Assembly (NCBI GenBank): GCA_046717305.1
Contig: JBKJVO010000128.1
Location: 1-25,248, forward strand
Origin: Candidatus Limnocylindrales bacterium
GTDB lineage: Bacteria > Chloroflexota > Limnocylindria > Limnocylindrales > CSP1-4
DNA length: 25,248 nucleotides
Reading direction: 5' to 3'
The notes under the pieces were generated by a model that did no database searches, was not told the DNA's origin, and saw only the letters and a list, made by a program, of their open reading frames with translations. Position 1 is the first letter of the stretch. Every line of letters starts with the position of its first letter. Made by a program: the position numbers and the translations under genes. Positions 17,727 to 25,248 of the stretch are shown piece by piece.

Positions 17727-18353
17727 CTATCGCGACGCTGCGCTTCGACCCGCCCGAACGGGCGCCCGAAGGGTATCACCGGTGCCTGCGGCGGGGGTCA
17801 GGAGCGGTGCGCCGTCCGATCCCACGAAGCGGACCTGGACGACCATCCCCTGGGCCCAGTGCCCCGGAATGTGGCAGCCGACGAACCACCCGCCGGCATC
17901 GGTCGGCGCCGCCAGCGGGATGGTCCATGGCACGTCCTTCCGCTCGCCGGACGCCACGACGATCCGCAATCCGGCGAGATCCGGCGCCACCGAGACCTCG
18001 GGCGTGGGGCCCGGTGGAGCGGAGGCCGTCGGCGCCTCGACGGCTTCCCACGCCTCCTGGACCGGCATCGGGCCAACGACCGCCTCGTGGACCGCGAGCC
18101 CGCCGTTGACGACCTGAAACACGACCGTCTCACCCGGCACGAGGTCCACGACCCCCGGAATGAACGAGTAGTCCTTCGTGACGATGATGACCGCACGAGG
18201 CTGGTCGGGGGTACCGGGTGTGATCGCCGGCGTATCCACCGGGGCGGCGTCGCAGGCGGTCAGGACGGCACCCAGGAGCAGCGTTCCGGCGATTGCGCAA
18301 CCGCGGAGCAGCAACCTCGAGTGCGTCTGCGGCGGGCGGAACGGCACGGGCAT
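17727..18353 (-). CDS. Cupredoxin (plastocyanin/azurin/CopI-like) lipoprotein
   Basis: Lipobox LTAC; DYSFIP..V.LVPGETV.F.V.N.G..VHE; [11 protein letters not shown] (C-x4-H-x4-M). Confidence 0.85.
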   Translation of the reverse strand: MPVPFRPPQTHSRLLLRGCAIAGTLLLGAVLTACDAAPVDTPAITPGTPDQPRAVIIVTKDYSFIPGVVDLVPGETVVFQVVNGGLAVHEAVVGPMPVQEAWEAVEAPTASAPPGPTPEVSVAPDLAGLRIVVASGERKDVPWTIPLAAPTDAGGWFVGCHIPGHWAQGMVVQVRFVGSDGAPLLTPAAGTGDTLRAPVRAGRSAASR

Positions 18354-18382
18354 GGCGGCGCCAGTCTACGGGTGACGTTTCC

Positions 18383-18411
18383 TTGACATGGGGCGCGGGC
18401 CACCGGATAGT
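18383..18411 (+). promoter_or_regulatory. Housekeeping sigma70 promoter of the polyamine ABC operon
   Basis: Perfect TTGACA (18383-18388), 17 nt, GATAGT (18406-18411). Confidence 0.65.
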
Positions 18412-18535
18412 GCGGGCCAGCCGCACGCGGGTCGATCCGAGAGCCCGATCGCGCGACGGTGTGCCCGATCCGGGGAAGCCACGAACCGCGCCCACGTCGT
18501 CTCGGACCGCCGACGGGACCCGCACGAGGAGCCGC

Positions 18536-19675
18536 TTGGCCATCACGACGCCCGCCCAGCCCGTGACCGCCGCGGCCGCGATGCCGCGGTCCGGCATGGT
18601 CGCGGTTCGCCTGGACGGGATTGTCAAGCACTTCGGCAACGACGAGCGGGGCCGCCGCGTGGTCAAGGCCGTCGGAACCCCCGAGGGGGAGGCGATCGTC
18701 GCCGTCGCCGGCATCGATCTGGACATCTACGACGGCGAGTTCTTCTCCATGCTCGGGCCGTCCGGGTCCGGGAAGACGACGACGCTCCGGATGATCGCCG
18801 GTTTCGAACGGCCGACTGCGGGCCGGATCCTCCTGCACGGCGAGGACGTCACGGAGCTGCCGCCGTTCGAGCGGGACGTCAATACGGTCTTCCAGGACTA
18901 CGCCCTGTTCCCGCACATGACCGTAGGCGAGAACGTGGCCTATGGATTGATGGTCCGGAAGGTCCCCCGACCGGAGCGCGACCGGCAGGTCGGAGAGGTC
19001 ATGGCGATGGTCCGGCTGGAGGGCTACGAGCGACGCAAGCCCGGCCAGCTGTCCGGTGGCCAGCGGCAGCGGGTCGCGCTCGCCCGTGCGCTCGTGAACC
19101 GGCCGAAGGTCCTCCTTCTTGACGAACCCCTCGGCGCGCTGGACCTGAAGCTCCGCGAGGAGATGCAGATCGAGCTGAAGGCGATCCAGCAGGAGGTCGG
19201 AATCACCTTCATCTACGTGACCCACGACCAGCAGGAGGCGCTCACGATGAGCGACCGCCTCGCGGTCTTCAACCGCGGCCGGATCGAGCAGGTCGGCACG
19301 CCGGCGGACGTCTACGAGCGACCCGCGACCCGGTTCGTGGCCGGATTCGTGGGCACCTCCAACCTGCTGAGCGGCGAGACCGCCCGGACCATCGTCGGCG
19401 TGGACGGCACCTTCACCGTGCGCCCCGAGAAGATTCAACTGGCCGACAGGGACTCGACGCCAGCCCCGGATGAGGCCTCGGCCACCGGGACGATCCGCGA
19501 TGTGGTCTACCTCGGACCGGATACTCGGTATATCGTGTCGCTCGATGCCGGTGGCGAACTCGTCGTGACCCAGCAGAACCTCGCGACCTCATCGATGGAG
19601 GCGCTCTCGGCCAAGGGGCGGGCGGTCCGTCTCACCTGGAAGCGCCAGCACAATCTGCCCGTCGGGGACGGGTAG
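18536..19675 (+). CDS. ydcT: Polyamine ABC transporter ATP-binding protein (PotA/YdcT-like)
   Basis: [38 protein letters not shown]-terminal TOBE-like region; TTG 18536 has SD GAGGAG. Confidence 0.92.
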   Translation: MAITTPAQPVTAAAAMPRSGMVAVRLDGIVKHFGNDERGRRVVKAVGTPEGEAIVAVAGIDLDIYDGEFFSMLGPSGSGKTTTLRMIAGFERPTAGRILLHGEDVTELPPFERDVNTVFQDYALFPHMTVGENVAYGLMVRKVPRPERDRQVGEVMAMVRLEGYERRKPGQLSGGQRQRVALARALVNRPKVLLLDEPLGALDLKLREEMQIELKAIQQEVGITFIYVTHDQQEALTMSDRLAVFNRGRIEQVGTPADVYERPATRFVAGFVGTSNLLSGETARTIVGVDGTFTVRPEKIQLADRDSTPAPDEASATGTIRDVVYLGPDTRYIVSLDAGGELVVTQQNLATSSMEALSAKGRAVRLTWKRQHNLPVGDG

Positions 19676-19755
19676 GACCAGGCGTCGCCGTGCCGGACGT
19701 GCCGGCAGGCATGGAGTGGGGATCGGTTCCGAGTGGAACCGATCGGAGGAGGAGC

Positions 19756-20931
19756 ATGAAGCAGCGCAGTTTCCTGGCCGCACTCGCGACGATCGCGATC
19801 GTCGCGGCGGCATGCGGCAGTGGGGCCAGCCCGAAGCCGTCGCTCGACCTGCCGAAGGAGATCGGCGCGGGCGAAGGTAAGCTCAATCTGGTCATCTGGG
19901 CCGGCTACGCCGAGCGCGGCGAGGTCTACCCCGACTTCGACTGGGTGACCGGGTTCGAGACCGAAACCAGCTGCAAGGTCGCAACGACGAACATGACCGA
20001 CTCGAACAACGGCGTGTCGCTCATGCAGTCCGGCGCCTACGACGGCATCTCGGCGTCCGGTGACGCGACGACGCGGCTGATCGCCGGCGGCTACGCGGCC
20101 CCGGTGAACACGGCCTTGTTCGAGAATTACAAGAACGTATTCGCCGGCCTCAAGGGCCTGCCGCACAACACCATCGACGGCGTCAACTACGGCGTCCCGC
20201 ACGGCCGCGGCCCGAATCTGCTCGCGTACAACACGGACGTCATCACCACGGCCCCCACGAGCTGGGACTCCGTGTGGGAGGACGGCTCGACCTACCAGGG
20301 CAAGATCAGCGTCTACGACTCGTCCATCTACATCGCCGACGCGGCGCTGCACCTGATGACCAAGCAGCCGGATCTCAAGATCAAGAACCCGTACCAGCTG
20401 ACCCAGGCACAGTTCGACGCCGCGATCGACCTGCTCGAGAAGCAGAAGGCGAACGGGGCCAACTACTGGGGATCCTACAGCGACCAGGTCAGCCAGTACG
20501 CATCCGGCGACGTCGTCACCGGGACCACCTGGCAGTTCCAGGTCAACCTGCTCCAGGCCGAGAGCGCACCGATCGCGGCAGTCCTGCCCGACGAGGGCTC
20601 GACCGGCTGGTCCGACACCTGGATGATCGCCAAGAATGCGAAGAACCCGAACTGCATGTACAAGTGGATGGACCACATGATGTCGGCCGAAGCCAACGGG
20701 CAGGCCACCGTCTTCTTCGGCGAGGCGTCCACCAGCCAGCAGGCCTGTGACTACGCCGAGACCATCTCGCCCGGTCATTGCGAGCTGACGCACGCGACCG
20801 ACCAGGCCTACTACGACAAGATCTGGTACTGGAGCACGCCGCAGGCCGACTGCGCCGACACCGATGCCAGTACCGCCTGCAAGGATCAGGACGCGTGGGT
20901 CGCGGCCTGGACCGCCCTCCGCGGCGGCTGA
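19756..20931 (+). CDS. ydcS: Polyamine ABC transporter substrate-binding lipoprotein (YdcS-like)
   Basis: Lipobox AAAC; GEGKLNLVIWAGY, DWVT.FE.ET.C, SASGDA..RLI, GPNLLAYN, IYIADAAL, EG.TGWSDT, NC.YKWM recognised as YdcS-like; SD GGAGGAGGAG. Confidence 0.88.
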   Translation: MKQRSFLAALATIAIVAAACGSGASPKPSLDLPKEIGAGEGKLNLVIWAGYAERGEVYPDFDWVTGFETETSCKVATTNMTDSNNGVSLMQSGAYDGISASGDATTRLIAGGYAAPVNTALFENYKNVFAGLKGLPHNTIDGVNYGVPHGRGPNLLAYNTDVITTAPTSWDSVWEDGSTYQGKISVYDSSIYIADAALHLMTKQPDLKIKNPYQLTQAQFDAAIDLLEKQKANGANYWGSYSDQVSQYASGDVVTGTTWQFQVNLLQAESAPIAAVLPDEGSTGWSDTWMIAKNAKNPNCMYKWMDHMMSAEANGQATVFFGEASTSQQACDYAETISPGHCELTHATDQAYYDKIWYWSTPQADCADTDASTACKDQDAWVAAWTALRGG

Positions 20932-20964
20932 GCCGCCGGCTCGTTCATCGCTGAGACTGCGAAG

Positions 20965-20993
20965 AGGCTCCCCGGGCATCACCCGGGGAGCCT
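20965..20993 (+). terminator. Intercistronic 12-bp stem-loop after the binding-protein gene (partial terminator or mRNA stabiliser)
   Basis: AGGCTCCCCGGG / loop CATCA / CCCGGGGAGCCT followed by TTC. Confidence 0.7.
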
Positions 20994-21017
20994 TTCAGCA
21001 TCGACCCCCGGAGATCC

Positions 21018-21929
21018 ATGTCCGCTCCGACCACCCCCCGCGCAGCCTCAGGCGCCGGGCCCGGGCTCGCTCGCCGGATCGCAATCTGGCTCCATCCGCG
21101 GCGCGGTCTGCAGCTCCGCCTGCTGCTCGCCGGCCCGCTCGGGTGGCTTGCCGTTGCCTATCTGGGCGCGCTGGCGATCCTGTTGCTCAACGCCTTCTGG
21201 GAGAAGGACGCGTTCACCGGCCGTGTCGAGCCCTTCGCCTGGACCCTGAATGCGTTCCGGGACCTCCTCAGTCACGAGGTCTACAGGACGGTGGCGGTTC
21301 GGACGCTCCTCATGGCCGTCCTCGTCACGCTCACGGACGCGCTCCTTGCGTTTCCGATCGCCTACTACATGGCCCGGATCGCGTCGCCGCGTGTCCGCGC
21401 TGTGCTCGTGATCGCCGTCCTGATGCCCCTCTGGGCCGCCTACCTCGTGAAGGTCTACGCATGGCGGACGATTCTCCAGGGCAACGGCTTCATGGAGTGG
21501 GCGCTCAGCCCCTTCGGCGTCGACAGTCCGGGGCTGGACGAGATCTCGAATGCATGGCTCGTCCTCAGCTACCTCTGGCTGCCGTACATGATCCTGCCGA
21601 TCTACGCCGGCCTGGAGCGCATTCCGAACTCGCTCCTGGAGGCGTCCGCGGACCTCGGCGCGAAGGCCGGCACTACCTTCAGGCGCGTGATCCTGCCGCT
21701 CGTCTTTCCGGCCTTCGTGGCCGGCTCGATCTTCACGTTCTCGCTGACCCTCGGCGACTACATCACGCCGGACCTCGTCGCGGACGCGAAGTTCATCGGC
21801 AACGTCATCTACGACAACTCGAGCCTTGGCAACCTCCCGCTGGCGGCCGCGTACTCGCTCCTGCCAATCGGGATCATGACCGCCTATCTGCTGATCGCCC
21901 GGCGTCTCGGCGCCTTCGATTCGCTGTGA
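21018..21929 (+). CDS. ydcU: Polyamine ABC permease (PotB/YdcU-like)
   Basis: LAFPIAYYMAR, PLWAAYLVKVYAW, EAA motif LLEASADLGA, LTLGDYITP. Confidence 0.9.
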   Translation: MSAPTTPRAASGAGPGLARRIAIWLHPRRGLQLRLLLAGPLGWLAVAYLGALAILLLNAFWEKDAFTGRVEPFAWTLNAFRDLLSHEVYRTVAVRTLLMAVLVTLTDALLAFPIAYYMARIASPRVRAVLVIAVLMPLWAAYLVKVYAWRTILQGNGFMEWALSPFGVDSPGLDEISNAWLVLSYLWLPYMILPIYAGLERIPNSLLEASADLGAKAGTTFRRVILPLVFPAFVAGSIFTFSLTLGDYITPDLVADAKFIGNVIYDNSSLGNLPLAAAYSLLPIGIMTAYLLIARRLGAFDSL

Positions 21930-21941
21930 GAGAGGCCTCCG

Positions 21942-22745
21942 GTGGTTGAGTCGCGCGCCGTCCGTCTGGCGCTCCGCCTGGCGAGCGGCTTCGTCCTGAC
22001 GTTCCTCTACCTGCCGTTGATCATCCTGGCAATCTATGCGTTCAATCCGAGCCGCCTCCTCGTCTGGCCGCCGACTGGGTTCACGCTCGGTTGGTTCGCC
22101 GAGGCGGCCGCGAATCCGGCCATCTCCGTGGCCGTTGTCAATTCGCTGATCGCGGGCGGCTTCGCGACGGCCCTGGCGCTGATCCTCGGGACGCTGGCCG
22201 CGATCGCCGTCCACCGGTTCAGCTTCTTCGGACGCCAGACGATCTCGTTCTTCCTGGTCCTGCCGATCGCGCTTCCGGGGGTCGTCACCGGGATCGCGCT
22301 GCGCACGAGCTTCGTGACGTTCGGGATCGACTTCGGGTTGCTGACGATCGTCGTCGGCCACGCCACGTTCTGCGTCGTGATCGTCTACAACAATGTCGTC
22401 GCTCGGCTGCGCCGGATGCCGAGATCGCCGGAGGAGGCCTCGGCGGACCTGGGCGCCGACATGTGGACCACCTTCCGGCGCGTCACGTTCCCGGGCCTGG
22501 GGACGGCACTCCTGTCCGGCGGGCTCCTCGCCTTCGCCCTCTCGTTCGACGAGATCATCGTCACGAACTTCACGGCCGGGGCCGGCACGCAGACGATCCC
22601 GATGTGGATCCTGGCCGCCATCCAGCGCCCGACCGAGCTGCCGGTCGTGAACGTCGTCGCCCTCGTCCTGGTGCTGATCAGCATCATCCCCGTCTATCTC
22701 GCGCAGCGAATCTCGGGAGGGGCGGCGGCGGGCGTCACGCGCTGA
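21942..22745 (+). CDS. ydcV: Polyamine ABC permease (PotC/YdcV-like)
   Basis: FLYLPL..LAIYAFN, LPIALPGVVTG, GHATFC, EEASADLGA, ALSFDEIIVT.FTAG. Confidence 0.9.
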   Translation: MVESRAVRLALRLASGFVLTFLYLPLIILAIYAFNPSRLLVWPPTGFTLGWFAEAAANPAISVAVVNSLIAGGFATALALILGTLAAIAVHRFSFFGRQTISFFLVLPIALPGVVTGIALRTSFVTFGIDFGLLTIVVGHATFCVVIVYNNVVARLRRMPRSPEEASADLGADMWTTFRRVTFPGLGTALLSGGLLAFALSFDEIIVTNFTAGAGTQTIPMWILAAIQRPTELPVVNVVALVLVLISIIPVYLAQRISGGAAAGVTR

Positions 22746-22813
22746 CGAGGCGCCCGTCCGCAGCCCCCGACGGCGCCCCGGTTGGCGCGGGCCGCGCTAG
22801 GATCACGGCCACC

Positions 22814-23152
22814 ATGGACCATCCTCAGGACTCCTCCACCGTCCAGGCCGTCCTCCAGGCGGAAGCCGCGCGCCTGCGTGCAGAGGTCGGGGAGCCCATC
22901 GAGGGGCCCGGGCAGATGACGTACGGCTCGCAGGCCGCCGCCGCCAGCGACGTCTTCGCGCAGCAGCGCGACCTCGCGCTCCGGGACCGGGAGCGCGTCC
23001 AGCTCCGCCAGGTGGAGGATGCGCTCGAGCGTCTTGCGGGCGGCACGTACGGCACGTGCCGCAACTGCGGCCGGCCGATCGCGCCGGAGCGCCTCGAAGC
23101 CCTCCCGTGGGTGGCGACCTGCATCGCCTGCGCCCGGGCCGCGGGGCGGTGA
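22814..23152 (+). CDS. TraR/DksA C4-type zinc-finger protein
   Basis: Coiled coil followed by ALERL..GTYGTCRNCGRPIAPERLEALPWVATCIAC. Confidence 0.9.
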   Translation: MDHPQDSSTVQAVLQAEAARLRAEVGEPIEGPGQMTYGSQAAAASDVFAQQRDLALRDRERVQLRQVEDALERLAGGTYGTCRNCGRPIAPERLEALPWVATCIACARAAGR

Positions 23153-24135
23153 GCGAACCGCTCGTCGGCATCGAGGCGATTCGCGAGGCCGCCGTCCGGC
23201 TCCGGGGCATCGCGATCCGCGCGCCGCTCGTCCCCTTCTCGCCCGGCCCGCCCCGCGTGCTGCTGAAGGCCGAGTCCCTCCAGCCCATCGGGGCCTTCAA
23301 GATCCGCGGCGCCTACAACGCGATCGCCCAGCTGACGGCCGATGAGCTGCGTCGCGGCGTCGTCGCCCATTCGTCCGGGAACCACGCTCAGGGCGTGGCG
23401 CGGGCGGCTCGGCTCATCGGGACGCATGCCGTCGTGGTCATGCCTTCGGACGCACCGGCCGTGAAGCGGGCGCGGGTTGAGGCGGACGGTGCCGAGATCG
23501 TGACCGTCGGCGTGGAAAGCAGCGCCCGCGAGACGATCGCAGCGCAGCTCGCCGCGGAGCGCGGCCTCGTGCCGATCCCACCCTTCGACGACGACCGGAT
23601 CATCGCGGGACAGGGCACCTGCGGCCTCGAGATCGCGGAGGACGTCCCCGACCTCGAGCTCGTCCTCGTACCGATCGGCGGGGGCGGGCTCGCGAGTGGC
23701 GTCGCGACGGCAGTCAAGGCGCTCCATCCGGGCGCCCGGGTCGTCGGCGTGGAGCCGGAGCTCGCGGCGGATGCCGCCGAGAGTCTCCGTGCGGGCCGGA
23801 TCATCCGCTGGGACGGTGCCCTGACGGCCCGGACGATTGCCGATGGCGCGCGGACGCAGGCGCTCGGGCAACGACCGTTCGACCATCTCTCGCGCCTGCT
23901 CGACGGTGTCGTCACGGTCACCGAGGCGGAGATCGCGGCCGCGGTCCGCCTCGCCGCCGAGGAGAGCCGGCTCGTCGTTGAGCCATCCGGCGCCCTGTCC
24001 ATCGCCGCCGCCAGGTTCCACGCTGCCGAGCTGGGGATGCCCGGCCTCCGTGGCACGGTCGTCGCCGTCGTCAGCGGCGGGAACGTGGACCCGGCGCGCT
24101 ATCGCGAGCTGCTCGCCTCGCCCGTCCCCGACTGA
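23149..24135 (+). CDS. PLP-dependent threonine/serine dehydratase (serine racemase family)
   Basis: KAESLQPIGAFKIRGA (PLP Lys), SSGNHAQG, IIAGQGT, VPIGGGGLASG, EPSGA, SGGN; GTG 23149 overlaps the upstream stop (GTGA); no ACT domain. Confidence 0.92.
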   Translation: MSEPLVGIEAIREAAVRLRGIAIRAPLVPFSPGPPRVLLKAESLQPIGAFKIRGAYNAIAQLTADELRRGVVAHSSGNHAQGVARAARLIGTHAVVVMPSDAPAVKRARVEADGAEIVTVGVESSARETIAAQLAAERGLVPIPPFDDDRIIAGQGTCGLEIAEDVPDLELVLVPIGGGGLASGVATAVKALHPGARVVGVEPELAADAAESLRAGRIIRWDGALTARTIADGARTQALGQRPFDHLSRLLDGVVTVTEAEIAAAVRLAAEESRLVVEPSGALSIAAARFHAAELGMPGLRGTVVAVVSGGNVDPARYRELLASPVPD

Positions 24136-25187
24136 CCTGCCGTCGTCGCCGACTGACCTGCCGTCGTCGATGTCGGCGGCGGTGTCGGCGGTGGTGCCCC
24201 GGACGCCCGTCGTTGCCGGTGGACCGCCTCCCGCTCCCGGATCTGGGCGCGCTCGCCGTCCGCGCGGCGCTCGGCGGCGGCGGTGCCCCGCTCCTCGGAC
24301 CGCATCCACCCGGCGAGAACGGCGAGGAGGACGGCGAGAAAGATCACGTCCCCGACGAACCACATCAGGCCCGCGGCCAGCCGCTGGTCAGCCAGGGCGT
24401 CGATCCCGTAGGGCGACCCGAGCGTGACGTAGTGCCTGTAGAGCGGCGCGTCCGCGAACAGGATGGCCATCGCGAGAAACGAGTTCTGGGGCATCTGGAG
24501 GAAGAGGTAGAGGATTCGGCCCGGGTGGCCCATGCGGTACGGCGCGGGGTCGAGCGCCACGACCGGCCACCAGAACAGGAGCCCAGCCCCGAGATAGAGC
24601 CCATGCTCAAGGTCGTGAACGAGCGGCATCTCCAGCGACAGGTCGAAGAGCGGCGAGAAGTGCGTCGCCCACATGACGGAGACGAAGACGAGCCAGGCCA
24701 CGACCGGGTGCGCCAGGACCCGGACCGGCAGCGAATGAAGGACCGGCAGGATCCAGCGACTCCTGATGACCGCAGGTGCAGCCCGCATGAGCTGCGTGAT
24801 CGGGGCGCCGAGGGCGAGCAGGAGCGGTGCCACGAGCGTGAGGAGCAGGTGCTGGGCCATGTGGACGGAAAACAGCGTCGTGTCGTAGCGCTCGATCCCC
24901 GACTGCAGCGCGACGGCAATCGCGAGCAGGCCGCCGAGGAACGCCCAGCGTCGCGGTCGCGGGACGGGATGTTCAGGGTGCGCGCGGTTCACGCGCCCGA
25001 TGAGCCGCCACCAGCCGATCGCGACGGCGACCAGCGGCAGGATGAGGACCGGCTCGAACGCCCAACCGAGGGCCAGCGTGGCCACGCTCGGCGGCCCCGG
25101 CGGCACCGTGCCGTGCGCTGCCACCGGCCAGGCGAATGCCGCGACGGCAGCGAGCGACGCGATTGCGGCGAGGACCGTGCGAGGCAT
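24099..25187 (-). CDS. ctaG: Cytochrome c oxidase assembly factor (Caa3_CtaG family)
   Basis: FSVHMAQHLLL, WATH, VHDLEH, LLFWWPV, DQRLAAGLMW motifs. The frame is open to the window edge, so the start (ATG 25187 chosen) is uncertain. Confidence 0.85.
   Translation of the reverse strand: MPRTVLAAIASLAAVAAFAWPVAAHGTVPPGPPSVATLALGWAFEPVLILPLVAVAIGWWRLIGRVNRAHPEHPVPRPRRWAFLGGLLAIAVALQSGIERYDTTLFSVHMAQHLLLTLVAPLLLALGAPITQLMRAAPAVIRSRWILPVLHSLPVRVLAHPVVAWLVFVSVMWATHFSPLFDLSLEMPLVHDLEHGLYLGAGLLFWWPVVALDPAPYRMGHPGRILYLFLQMPQNSFLAMAILFADAPLYRHYVTLGSPYGIDALADQRLAAGLMWFVGDVIFLAVLLAVLAGWMRSEERGTAAAERRADGERAQIREREAVHRQRRASGAPPPTPPPTSTTAGQSATTAGQSGTGEASSSR
24128..24169. repeat. Exact 21-nt tandem duplication
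   Basis: CCGACTGACCTGCCGTCGTCG at 24128-24148 and 24149-24169; encodes TTAGQS twice in the CtaG tail. Confidence 0.9.
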
Positions 25188-25248
25188 GGACGGGGCGACG
25201 TTCACCGCGACATCGTCCCACGGCAGGCCCCACTGGAAGCAGCCCATT

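Noticed and set aside
18451-18517. Guanidine-II (two ACGR loops), guanidine-I or cobalamin riboswitch
   Set aside because: Only one ACGG hairpin can form; ykkC 3' motif and cobalamin T-loop/ACUGU elements are absent, leaving only short partial matches (UCCGAGAG, GGGAAGCC).

Overview
Very GC-rich bacterial window. Gene style suggests Chloroflexota, possibly Ca. Limnocylindria (inference, no marker gene present). No rRNA, tRNA, CRISPR array or transposase was seen. Left half: a homogentisate (tyrosine catabolism) gene set, all on the minus strand (hppD, FAA hydrolase, 5' part of hmgA), is split by two accessory blocks. Block 1 is an ECF sigma factor with a beta-propeller anti-sigma and an internally deleted GNAT. 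Block 2 (about 9 kb) holds a cupin-adenylate cyclase fusion and a co-directional module: PDZ/multi-TM histidine kinase, NarL-type regulator, 5-TM cupredoxin, two His-bearing membrane proteins (DUF6220-like, DUF2269-like) and a DrrAB-type ABC exporter, plus a divergent small secreted protein. hppD carries a 1-nt frameshift. A DinB-family gene faces hppD and may supply the missing maleylacetoacetate isomerase. Right half: DUF5317-like protein; a run of cupredoxin lipoprotein, 7Fe ferredoxin, CxxC mini-protein, proC and proline dehydrogenase; a YdcSTUV-type polyamine ABC transporter; a DksA/TraR zinc finger; a Thr/Ser dehydratase; and a CtaG-type oxidase assembly factor. The best candidate for an undescribed system is the two-component/cupredoxin/His-membrane/ABC module at 5106-12491. 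All family assignments are from motif recognition, not database searches.
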